64,000 nucleotides of DNA from Thermoleophilia bacterium (GTDB taxonomy: Bacteria; Actinomycetota; Thermoleophilia; Gaiellales; Gaiellaceae), in contig JAHDVS010000008.1 of assembly GCA_023382435.1 (NCBI GenBank), positions 12,272-76,271 of the forward strand, given 5' to 3'. Numbering within the stretch: the first letter of the stretch is position 1; each line of letters begins with the position of its first letter. Shown piece by piece: positions 18,361-26,661 of the stretch. The notes below the pieces were generated by a model, which did not search any database, was not told the origin of the DNA, and saw nothing but the letters and a program-made list of their open reading frames with translations. The position numbers and the translations under genes are program-made.

Positions 18361-18776
18361 CTCCCCTCCTCGTGGACACGGGCGGCTGGATCGCCTTGCT
18401 GAAGCGCGACGACGAAATGCACGCGCGCGCGGGCAGGTACTACGAAGCCCAGGTGGCCGGGGGCAGGCGGCTGCTGACCACGAACTACGTGATCGCCGAG
18501 ACGGCCACGGGATTACGCTACGACGCGGGACTGGAAGCGGCCGTTGCGTTCCGCCAAGCGGTCGAGCGGGCAGTCGCCGGACGCCGGCTGCGGGTCGTCT
18601 GGATCAATGCTCGCCTCGAGCGCGAGGGCTGGGACCTGCTCGAGCACTACTCCGGCCTCGCGCTCAGCCTGACGGACGCGACGAGCGCGGCTGTGGCGCG
18701 CCGAGCAGGGGTGAACGAGGTCTTCGGGTTCGATCGGCACTTCCGGGCTCTCGGCTTCGATCTCCAGCCGGCGTAG
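18357..18776 (+). CDS. vapC: PIN-domain ribonuclease toxin
   Basis: 139 aa; conserved acidic residues in LVDTGGW, IAETAT, SLTDATS, GFDRHF. Confidence 0.85.
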   Translation: MTPLLVDTGGWIALLKRDDEMHARAGRYYEAQVAGGRRLLTTNYVIAETATGLRYDAGLEAAVAFRQAVERAVAGRRLRVVWINARLEREGWDLLEHYSGLALSLTDATSAAVARRAGVNEVFGFDRHFRALGFDLQPA

Positions 18777-18782
18777 CCCGCC

Positions 18783-20966
18783 TCAACGCGATCCCTCGAT
18801 CCCCGCGCGCGGAAGCCAGCGAAGCCAATGGGGCAGGTACCAGTTCCAGCGGCCGAGCAGCCTCATCGAAGCGGGCACGAGCACCGAGCGGATCACCGTC
18901 GCGTCGAGGAAGAGCGCGACGGCGAGGCCGAAGCCCATCTGCTGGAAGATCACGAGCTCGCCGAGCGCGAAGCCGGAGAAGACGGCGACCATGATCAGCG
19001 CCGCACCGGTGATCAGGCGGGCCGTCGAGCCGATCCCGAACGCGACCGCCCCCGCGTTGTCGCCCGTCTCGTCGTAGCGCTCGCGGATCCGCGAGAGCAG
19101 GAACACGTGGTAGTCCATCGAGAGCCCGAACAGGACGGAGAAGAGAAACAGCGGCAGCCACGCCTCGACCGACTCGACCTGCTGGAAGCCGAGCAGGTCG
19201 GTGAGGTAGCCTTTCTGGAACACGAGTACGAGCAGCCCGTAGGCGGCGCCGACGGACAGCAGGTTGAGGGCGATCGCCTTCGCCGGGACGACGATCGAGC
19301 GGAACGCGACCGTGAGCAGCAGGAAGCTGAACGCGAGCACGAACGCGAACACGATCGGCCGGTAGCGGTCGGTGACGTCGAAGAAGTCGCTGTTCTTCGC
19401 GGTCACGCCGCCGACGAGGACCTCCGCGTCGACGCCCTCGAACGCTGCGGGGATCGCCTCGTCGCGAAGGGCCCGCACGACCTCGGCGGCCGCGTCGGCG
19501 TTCGGGTCGCCCGCAAGCGGGATCGAGACGAGCGTGAGGTCGCCCCCGTCGTTGGCCTCGACCACGGCCTCGCCGAAGGAAGGCTCACCGGCCAGCGCCG
19601 TCTCGAGCCGCTCGATCGCGGCCTCGACCTCGGCGGAGCCGGCGTCGCCGTCGACGACGACCTCGACGGGGGCGATCCGACCCGCCTGGAACTCGTGGTC
19701 GAGCACATCGAATGCCTGCCTGGAGGGCAGGTCGGGCGGAAGCGTGCTGACGCCGGCCGTGCCGGTCTGAAGCTGAAAGGCCGGCACCGTCGCCGCGAGC
19801 AGCACGCCGGCCGAGAGAAGCAGGCTGAGCACCGGTCGGCGCATTACCGCCCTGGCAATCGCCGCCCAGAAGCGCCCCTCGGCGCCGCCGGTGAGCCGCC
19901 GCTGCACGAACGGGAGCCGCAGCGCGTTGACGCGGTCGCCGAGCAGCGCCAGCACCGCCGGGAGCAGCGTCAGGACGACGACCACGGAGGCGATCCCGAC
20001 GAGGATCGCCCCGGCGGCGAGGCTGCGCATCACGGTCGTCGGCACGAGCAGCATTCCCAGTAGGGCGAGCACGAACGTCCCGCCCGAGAACAGGACCGCG
20101 CGGCTGGCGGTGGCGCCGACGACGCGGATCGCCGCCAGCTTCTCGTCGCCGCGCGCCCGCTCCTCGCGGAAGCGCGAGACGATGAAGAGCGAGTAGTCGA
20201 TCCCGAGCGCGAGCCCCATGCCGACGGACATGTTGACCACGAAGAAGGAGAGGGGCGTGGCCTGGCCGATCAGCGCAACGGCGCCCAACGCGACCGCGAT
20301 CGCGACGAGCGCGAGCAGTACGGGCACGAGCGCCGCGACGAGAGCGCCGAAGACGAGCACGAGGATCACGAGCGCGGCGACGAGGCCGTACACCTCGCCC
20401 GTCTTCAGGTCGTTCTGCGACACCCGCTCGAAGTCCTTACCGACGCTCGCGAGCCCGTTCTGGAGCACGTCGAAGCGCGGGTCGGCGCCGGCGGCGCGCG
20501 TGACGTCGAGGACGGCCCCGACGGCGGCGGCGGCCTCCTCGTAGTCGCCGGTCATGACGAGCGGGACAAGCGTCGTGTGCCGGTCTGCCGAGACGAGCGA
20601 CTCGTCCCCCGTGACGTAGTAGCTCGTGCCGCCACTGAGCACCTCCGGGCCGAGCGCGCGCAGGTCCTCGCCGAGCCGGGCGACGAACGCCGCGAACTCG
20701 GGGTTGTCCACGGTCAGCGTGTCCGACCGGACGATCACGACCTCGCGGATCGGGGTCTCGCCGCGCAGCCGCTCCTCGAGCAGCCGCTCGGCGCGGATCG
20801 ACTCCGGGTTGCCGGTGAGGTCGGCGTCGGTGGTGAGCGAGTCACCGAGGAAGCCTCCGACGAGCGCGAGCGCGCCGAGCAGCACGACCGCCCAGGCGGC
20901 GACGACCCGCCACGGGTGCCGGCTGCAGGAGCCTGCGAGCGCGGCGGGCGAGAGGACGAAGCGCAC
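18783..20966 (-). CDS. MMPL-family (RND superfamily) membrane transporter
   Basis: 727 aa; two-fold repeated TM bundle plus soluble-loop architecture; typical MMPL sequence (GIDYSLF.., MDYHVFLLSRIRE). Confidence 0.85.
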   Translation of the reverse strand: MRFVLSPAALAGSCSRHPWRVVAAWAVVLLGALALVGGFLGDSLTTDADLTGNPESIRAERLLEERLRGETPIREVVIVRSDTLTVDNPEFAAFVARLGEDLRALGPEVLSGGTSYYVTGDESLVSADRHTTLVPLVMTGDYEEAAAAVGAVLDVTRAAGADPRFDVLQNGLASVGKDFERVSQNDLKTGEVYGLVAALVILVLVFGALVAALVPVLLALVAIAVALGAVALIGQATPLSFFVVNMSVGMGLALGIDYSLFIVSRFREERARGDEKLAAIRVVGATASRAVLFSGGTFVLALLGMLLVPTTVMRSLAAGAILVGIASVVVVLTLLPAVLALLGDRVNALRLPFVQRRLTGGAEGRFWAAIARAVMRRPVLSLLLSAGVLLAATVPAFQLQTGTAGVSTLPPDLPSRQAFDVLDHEFQAGRIAPVEVVVDGDAGSAEVEAAIERLETALAGEPSFGEAVVEANDGGDLTLVSIPLAGDPNADAAAEVVRALRDEAIPAAFEGVDAEVLVGGVTAKNSDFFDVTDRYRPIVFAFVLAFSFLLLTVAFRSIVVPAKAIALNLLSVGAAYGLLVLVFQKGYLTDLLGFQQVESVEAWLPLFLFSVLFGLSMDYHVFLLSRIRERYDETGDNAGAVAFGIGSTARLITGAALIMVAVFSGFALGELVIFQQMGFGLAVALFLDATVIRSVLVPASMRLLGRWNWYLPHWLRWLPRAGIEGSR

Positions 20967-21024
20967 GGCCTGAGCCTACCCGGGCGGACGGAGCAGACGG
21001 CCGCCTCGACTGGAACGGCCTCTC

Positions 21025-23190
21025 ATGACGTTCGACCGGAAACTGCTGGCCTGGATCGGCTGCGACGTTGACGTAGGGGCGGGTCATGACCCGCCCCTAC
21101 TAGACTCCGCCATCTCGCGCGATCCCCGCCACGACGTCCTGTTCGAGCCGGTCCGGATCGGGCCGAAGACGCTGCGCAATCGCTTCTACCAGGTGCCGCA
21201 TTGCACCGGGTTCGGGACGACGAAGCCCCGCTCGCAGGCCGCGCACCGCGCGGTCAAGGCGGAGGGTGGCTGGGCAGCCGTCTGCACCGAGTACGCGCCT
21301 GTGTCGGCCGACTCTGACGAGTCGCCGTACGTGTCGGCGCAGCTTCTCGACGACGACGACCTGGCGAACCTGACGCTCCTGACCCGGGCGGCGCACGAGC
21401 ACGGGGCGCTCGCCGGGATCGAGCTGACGCACGTCGGCGGACACGCCGGTGTGCGTGAGTCGCGCTGGCCTCCGATCGCCCCCTCCCAGCTCGCGAGCGA
21501 CTACCACTCCTTCACGGTGCCGAAGGCGATGGAGAGGACAGACATCCGCCGCGTCCAGGCGGACTGGGCGACCGCCGCGAGGCGCTCGCGGGAGGCCGGC
21601 TTCGACATCGTCTACGTCTACGGTGCCCACTCCTACCTACCGCTCCAGTTCCTCTCACCGTTCTACAACCAGCGCACGGACGAGTACGGCGGCTCGTTCG
21701 AGAACCGCGCCCGGTTCTGGCTCGAGACGATCGAGCTCGTGCGCGACGCCGTCGGCGCCGACTGCGCGATCGCCGTCCGCCATCAGCTCGACGGGCTCGG
21801 CCCGGCAGGCGTCGAGCTGCGAGAGGCGCTCGCGTTCGTCGAGCTCGCCGACCCGCTCGTCGACCTCTGGGACGTCAACGTCGGCTCGATCGCGGAGTGG
21901 GGCGGCGACTCGGGGCCGTCGCGCTTCTTCGCGGAGGGCTACCAGCTCGAGTGGACCCGCCACGTGCGCGACCGCACCGGCAAGCCGATCGTCGGTGTCG
22001 GGCGTTTCACGAGCCCGGATGCAATGGTCGAGGCGATCCGCTCGGGCGCGCTCGACCTGATCGGCGCGGCCCGCCCCTCGATCGCCGACCCGTTCCTGCC
22101 CCGCAAGCTCGAGCAGGGCCGCTACGGCGAGATCCGCGAGTGCATCGGCTGCAACGTCTGCATCTCGAAGTCGGAGTCGGGCAACCACATCGGCTGCACG
22201 CAGAACGCGACCGCAGGCGAGGAGCACCGCCGCGGCTGGCACCCCGAGCGTTTCGTGCCCGCCACGAACGCCGACCGGGACGTGCTCGTGGTGGGGGCGG
22301 GGCCCGCCGGGCTCGAGTGTGCGATCGTGCTTGCCAAGCGGGGCCTGCGCCGCGTGCATCTCGTCGAGGCGGAGGAGGAACCGGGCGGCGCGATGCGCTG
22401 GATCCCCCGGCTGCCCGGGCTCGGCGAGTGGGCGCGGGTGGTGAACTGGCGCCGCATCCAGCTCGACGGTCTGCGGAATATCGAGGTCCTGACCGGCCTT
22501 CGCCTCGATGCCCGGGCCGTGCGTGAGTACGGCGCCGAGCTCGTCGTGTGCGCGACGGGCGCGCGCTGGGCCGCTGACGGGCTGAGCGCGTTCGCGCACG
22601 AGCCGGTCCCGGGAGCCGACTCGTCCCTGCCGCACGTGCTCACGCCGGAGCAGGTGATGCTCGAGGGCAAGCGACCGCCCGGCGAGCACGTCGTCGTCTA
22701 CGACGCGGAGGGCTACTTCGTCGCGGCAGGGCTCGCCGAGCTGCTGGCGCTCGAGGGCTTCGCCGTCGAGCTCGTGACGCCGCTCGAGCAGGTGGCGCCG
22801 ATCTGCGACGAGACACTCGAGGGCTCACGCCTGCGCCGGCGACTGCACGAGGCCGGGGTCGGGATGCAGCGCGGCGTCACGATCGGCGCGATCGAGCCGG
22901 GCCTGGTCGCCTGCGCGACCGAGTTCGACCAGCCGCTCGAGCTCGCTGCCGACGGCGTCGTGCTCGTGACCCAGCGCCTCTCGAACGAGCAGCTCTACCT
23001 CGAGCTCGCGGCCGACCCGGCCGCGCTGCGGGCCGAGGGGGTCGAGGCCGCCTACCGGGCCGGCGACTGCGTCGCGCCGCGCATGATCGCGGACGCGGTC
23101 TTCGACGGCCACCGCCTCGCGCGCGAGATCGACTCCGAGAACCCGGCCGTGCCCCGCCCGTACCGGCGCGAGCGGCTGGTCGTCGGTTAG
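21025..23190 (+). CDS. trimethylamine/dimethylamine/histamine dehydrogenase-family FMN + [4Fe-4S] amine dehydrogenase
   Basis: RDPRHDVLFEPVRIGPKTLRNRFYQVPHCTG (6-S-cysteinyl-FMN Cys context), DIVYVYGAHSYLPLQFLSPFYNQRTDEYGGS, CIGCNVCIS..GC cluster motif, VVGAGPAGLECA ADP fold. Confidence 0.9.
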   Translation: MTFDRKLLAWIGCDVDVGAGHDPPLLDSAISRDPRHDVLFEPVRIGPKTLRNRFYQVPHCTGFGTTKPRSQAAHRAVKAEGGWAAVCTEYAPVSADSDESPYVSAQLLDDDDLANLTLLTRAAHEHGALAGIELTHVGGHAGVRESRWPPIAPSQLASDYHSFTVPKAMERTDIRRVQADWATAARRSREAGFDIVYVYGAHSYLPLQFLSPFYNQRTDEYGGSFENRARFWLETIELVRDAVGADCAIAVRHQLDGLGPAGVELREALAFVELADPLVDLWDVNVGSIAEWGGDSGPSRFFAEGYQLEWTRHVRDRTGKPIVGVGRFTSPDAMVEAIRSGALDLIGAARPSIADPFLPRKLEQGRYGEIRECIGCNVCISKSESGNHIGCTQNATAGEEHRRGWHPERFVPATNADRDVLVVGAGPAGLECAIVLAKRGLRRVHLVEAEEEPGGAMRWIPRLPGLGEWARVVNWRRIQLDGLRNIEVLTGLRLDARAVREYGAELVVCATGARWAADGLSAFAHEPVPGADSSLPHVLTPEQVMLEGKRPPGEHVVVYDAEGYFVAAGLAELLALEGFAVELVTPLEQVAPICDETLEGSRLRRRLHEAGVGMQRGVTIGAIEPGLVACATEFDQPLELAADGVVLVTQRLSNEQLYLELAADPAALRAEGVEAAYRAGDCVAPRMIADAVFDGHRLAREIDSENPAVPRPYRRERLVVG
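21073..21100. repeat. perfect 28-bp palindrome inside the 5' end of the amine dehydrogenase ORF
   Basis: GTAGGGGCGGGTCATGACCCGCCCCTAC equals its own reverse complement; encodes VGAGHDPPL, upstream of the first conserved residues. Confidence 0.9.
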
Positions 23191-23240
23191 CCGGAAGCCC
23201 CCGCGCGGATCTTCCGTGGACGTAGAATCGACGCACTCCG

Positions 23241-23999
23241 ATGACGCTGCGAGTCGACCTCAACGGGGACATGGGCGAGTCGTACGGTCGCTGGACGCTC
23301 GGAGACGACGAGGCCCTGATGCCGCAGCTGACGTCCGCGAACATCGCGTGCGGCTTCCACGGCGGCGACCCTCACGTGATGCGCCGGACGGTTGCGCTCG
23401 CGCTCGCGCACGGTGTCGCCGTCGGGGCGCACGTCGGCCTTCCCGACCTGATCGGCTTCGGGCGGCGGCGCCTGGCCGTCTCCCCCGCCGAGCTTCGCGA
23501 CTACGTCCTCTACCAGGCCGGAGCCGTCAAGGCCTTCGCCGAGGCAGCCGGCGCAAGGCTCGAGCACGTCAAGCCGCACGGCGTCCTCTACGCAATGGCC
23601 CAGGAAGACGGCGAGCTGGCACGGGCGATCGCCGCTGCCGTGGCCGAGCTCGGTGGCGACGTCGCTCTTTTGCTCGCCGGCCGTACCGTCGCCGCTGCAG
23701 CGACTGAGGCCGGGGTGAGGTTCGTCCCCGAGAGCTACGTCGACCTCGACTACACGGGCGAAGGGAAGCTCGTGATCGAGCGCGTGAAGCAGCTGCGCGA
23801 CCCGAAGGAAACGGCCGCGCGGGCCGTTCGCCTGGTCACCGAGGGAAAGGTGCGGACGCTGGACGGGACCGATCTCGATCGCGAGGCGAGCTCGATCTGC
23901 GTGCATGGCGACGCCCCGAACGCACCCGCGATCGCCGCCGCGATCCGCCGCGCTCTCCAGGCGGCGGGGGTCGAGCTCGTCCCGCTCGCCGCCCTGTAG
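23241..23999 (+). CDS. LamB/YcsF-family protein (5-oxoprolinase subunit A homologue)
   Basis: VDLNGDMGESYG...ANIACGFHGGDP...VKPHGVLY motifs; TAGAAT -10-like box at 23223..23228. Confidence 0.85.
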   Translation: MTLRVDLNGDMGESYGRWTLGDDEALMPQLTSANIACGFHGGDPHVMRRTVALALAHGVAVGAHVGLPDLIGFGRRRLAVSPAELRDYVLYQAGAVKAFAEAAGARLEHVKPHGVLYAMAQEDGELARAIAAAVAELGGDVALLLAGRTVAAAATEAGVRFVPESYVDLDYTGEGKLVIERVKQLRDPKETAARAVRLVTEGKVRTLDGTDLDREASSICVHGDAPNAPAIAAAIRRALQAAGVELVPLAAL

Positions 24000-24024
24000 G
24001 CACCACCTGTCGGGCACGGATCGG

Positions 24025-25362
24025 TCAGTGGCCGAGCTTACTCTCGAGGAAGTCGACGTGGTAGTCGCCGGCGCGAAACAGCCCGTCGGAGAGCAGCCCG
24101 AGATGGAGCGGCACGGTCGTCTTCACGCCCTCGATCCGCAATTCCGAGAGCGCGCGCTCGCCGCGGGCCATCGCCTCTTCGCGCGTTCGGTCCCAGACGA
24201 TCAGCTTCGCGATCAGCGAATCGTAGAACGGCGGTATCCGGTAGCCCGCGAAGACGGCTGTGTCGACGCGCACTCCCGGTCCGCCCGGGAGCTCGAGTGC
24301 CGTGATCTCACCCGGCGAGGGCAGGAACCGGCGCTCGGGATCCTCGGCGTTGATCCGGAACTCGATCGCGGCGCCCCGCACCGCCACCTCGTCCTGCACG
24401 ACACCGAGCCGCTCGCCCGCCGCGACCCGGAGCTGCTCCTTGACGATGTCGACGCCGACGACCATCTCGGTGACCGGGTGCTCGACCTGGATGCGCGTGT
24501 TCATCTCGATGAAATGGAAGCTCCCGGCTCGGTCGAGGAGGAACTCGAGCGTCCCCGCTCCCGTGTATCCGACCGCCCGCGCCAGGCGCAGGGCGTCCGC
24601 CGCGATCGCCTCGCGAGCGGCCGAGTCGAGCACCGGCGAGGGGGCCTCCTCGAGGACCTTCTGCCGCCGACGCTGAAGCGAGCACTCGCGCTCGTAGAGA
24701 TGAATCATGTTGCCGTGCTCGTCTCCGAGCACCTGAACCTCGACGTGGCGGGCGTCGGGAAGGAGCCTCTCCAGGTAGAAGGAGCCGTCACCGAACGCGG
24801 CCTCGGCCTCTCTGGCCGCGTCGACGACGACCGAGCGCAGCTCGTCGGGCTCCGAGGCGGTCCTGATGCCGCGTCCGCCACCACCGGCGACGGCCTTGAC
24901 CATGACCGGATAGCCGATCGCGGCCGCGCTCTCGAGCGCCTCGTCGACCGATGCCAGCTCGTCCGTGCCGGGCACGGTCGGAACGCCCGCGTCCCGCGCG
25001 CGGCGACGGGCCTTCGCCTTGTCGCCCATCTCCTCGATCAGCTCCGGCGCCGGCCCGACGAAGACGAGGCCGGCCGCGCGGCAAGCCGCTGCGAAGCGCG
25101 CGTTCTCGGCCAGGAAGCCGTAGCCCGGATGGACGGCGTCGGCGCCCGCTTCCCTGGCCGCGCGGAGCACGGCGCCGCCGTCGAGGTAGCTCTCCCGGGC
25201 GTGGGGCGGGCCGATGCAGACCGCCTCGTCGGCTACGCGCACGTGCAGCGCTTGCTCGTCGGCCGTCGAGTACACGGCCACGGAGCCCAGGCCGAGCTCC
25301 CGGCAGGCCCGGATCACTCGCAGAGCGATCTCGCCCCGGTTGGCGACGAGAACCTTGCGCAC
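24025..25362 (-). CDS. biotin carboxylase subunit
   Basis: C-terminal 445 aa of track ORF 24025..26100 (VRKVLVANRGEIALRVIRAC...); GGGGRGI loop and EMNTRIQVEHPVTE; GTG 25362 preceded by GAGGA. Confidence 0.9.
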   Translation of the reverse strand: MRKVLVANRGEIALRVIRACRELGLGSVAVYSTADEQALHVRVADEAVCIGPPHARESYLDGGAVLRAAREAGADAVHPGYGFLAENARFAAACRAAGLVFVGPAPELIEEMGDKAKARRRARDAGVPTVPGTDELASVDEALESAAAIGYPVMVKAVAGGGGRGIRTASEPDELRSVVVDAAREAEAAFGDGSFYLERLLPDARHVEVQVLGDEHGNMIHLYERECSLQRRRQKVLEEAPSPVLDSAAREAIAADALRLARAVGYTGAGTLEFLLDRAGSFHFIEMNTRIQVEHPVTEMVVGVDIVKEQLRVAAGERLGVVQDEVAVRGAAIEFRINAEDPERRFLPSPGEITALELPGGPGVRVDTAVFAGYRIPPFYDSLIAKLIVWDRTREEAMARGERALSELRIEGVKTTVPLHLGLLSDGLFRAGDYHVDFLESKLGH

Positions 25363-25379
25363 CGACCGGTCCTCGCCCT

Positions 25380-25634
25380 TCAGTCGGAGAGCACGATGAG
25401 GTTCTGACCGGCCTCGATCAGGTCCTCGTTCTCGACGAGGAAGCGCTCCACGGTTCCGGCCTCCTCGCTCGTGATCTCGTGGAAGTTCTTCATGATCTCC
25501 ACCAGGCCAACGACGTCTCCGGGCTCGACGCGATCGCCTTCGCTGACGAAGGGGTCGGCCTGGGGGTTGGCGCGCCGGTAGAACGTTCCCGGCAACGGCG
25601 ACTTGACCGCCCTGTTTGCCATCTCGCGCCTCAT
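25380..25634 (-). CDS. biotinyl-domain carrier protein (BCCP-like)
   Basis: 80-84 aa with GDVVGLVEIMKNFHEI (biotinyl-lysine MK motif); start at 25634 or 25622. Confidence 0.8.
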   Translation of the reverse strand: MRREMANRAVKSPLPGTFYRRANPQADPFVSEGDRVEPGDVVGLVEIMKNFHEITSEEAGTVERFLVENEDLIEAGQNLIVLSD

Positions 25635-25655
25635 CTCCTCCGTCGGGTTGCCGTC

Positions 25656-26651
25656 TCAGACCTGTTCGAGGCTCGTCCCGGTCAGGCGCGCGTCGAGCTC
25701 CCGATCGAGCTCCACGGCCTCCTCGATCGTGACCTCGCGAAAACGCACCGTGTCGCCGACCGGGCGAAGCTGGCCGAGCTTCCAGAACGCCGCGTGTACC
25801 ACCGTGGCGGCGCAGAGGAAGCCGCCCGCGGTCGGCCCGTCCGGGCCGAGGATCACCGGCAGGTCGCCGTTCACGTTGACGGCACCGACCGGGTAGCTGT
25901 TGTCGAGGATGTTCGAGGGGTGACCGCCGGCAATGCCCCCGCTCGAGCGCGCCCACTGGAACAGCTGCGGCTCGAGCCGGACACCGGTGCGGTTGGAGTT
26001 GCGATCCACCCTCCAGGTCCGGCCGAAGAACGTCGCCATGTCCTGCTCCGTGAGGAAGTCGGGTGACGCCTGCGGTCCCCGCAGCGCCTCGATCTCCCAC
26101 TCGCGCGCGTACGGCGGCCGCGCGCTCTCCCGGAAGCGCCAGCCGCCGCCGGAGGCCGCGTCGCCGCTCTCCGTCCCCAGGGGAAACCGGTCGCCCGTCC
26201 GGAGAGCGCGACCATCGAGGCCGCCGAGAGCCCCCATCGTGTAGGTCGAGCGGGAGCCGAGGACGGACGGCACGTCAATCCCGCCCGCGACGGCGACGTA
26301 CATGCGAAAGCCGGGCCCCTCGGAGATGCCGATCCGAAGCTCGGAGCCGGCCTCGAGTCGCCGGCCTTCCCACAGGGGGAGCGCCTCGCCGTCCACGGAG
26401 ACCGCGACCGGCGCGCCGCATACGGCGACGGTGGCGCCGGTTTCGAAGCGAAGGGCGACGTTGCCGAGCGTCACCTCCAGCGTCGCCGCTGACGGCTGGT
26501 TTCCGACCACGAGGTTGGCGGCCCGGTGGGCGAAGTGGTCCATCGCGCCGGCGGGAAAGAACCCCTGGGCGCGCATCCCAGGCCGCCCGGGGTAGTCCTG
26601 AACGGTCGTCTGGATTCCACCCTCGAGCACCTCGACGTTTCCGGCGACCAT
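25656..26651 (-). CDS. carboxyltransferase A/B-domain protein (AHS2 / KipA / PxpC homologue)
   Basis: Track ORF trimmed to MVAGNVEVLEGGIQTTVQDYPGR...; NRTGVRL and GDLPVILGPDGPTAGG motifs. Confidence 0.85.
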   Translation of the reverse strand: MVAGNVEVLEGGIQTTVQDYPGRPGMRAQGFFPAGAMDHFAHRAANLVVGNQPSAATLEVTLGNVALRFETGATVAVCGAPVAVSVDGEALPLWEGRRLEAGSELRIGISEGPGFRMYVAVAGGIDVPSVLGSRSTYTMGALGGLDGRALRTGDRFPLGTESGDAASGGGWRFRESARPPYAREWEIEALRGPQASPDFLTEQDMATFFGRTWRVDRNSNRTGVRLEPQLFQWARSSGGIAGGHPSNILDNSYPVGAVNVNGDLPVILGPDGPTAGGFLCAATVVHAAFWKLGQLRPVGDTVRFREVTIEEAVELDRELDARLTGTSLEQV

Positions 26652-26661
26652 CGAGCTCACC

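Noticed and set aside
20842-21087. 81-aa minus-strand ORF starting at the ATG in the centre of the 28-bp palindrome
   Set aside because: It overlaps the MMPL start region and its promoter space. The composition is Arg/Pro-rich and there is no ribosome-binding site. The ATG is simply the TCATGA centre of the palindrome.
23191-23220. CGGAAG-N13-CTTCCG hairpin after the amine dehydrogenase stop, and a GAGGACGG-loop-CCGTCTTC stem at about 29416..29436, as terminators
   Set aside because: The stems are short (6-8 bp, one with a G-U pair) and have no U tracts. The second lies inside the coding-like extension. They are too weak to call.
24025-26100. Taking track ORFs at full length (e.g. a 691-aa biotin carboxylase, 26662..28296, 37179..39005, 42635..45916, 50579..53242)
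   Set aside because: The N-terminal extensions are low-complexity and overlap the upstream gene. The conserved protein begins at an internal GTG/ATG that abuts or overlaps the upstream stop codon, so the starts were trimmed.
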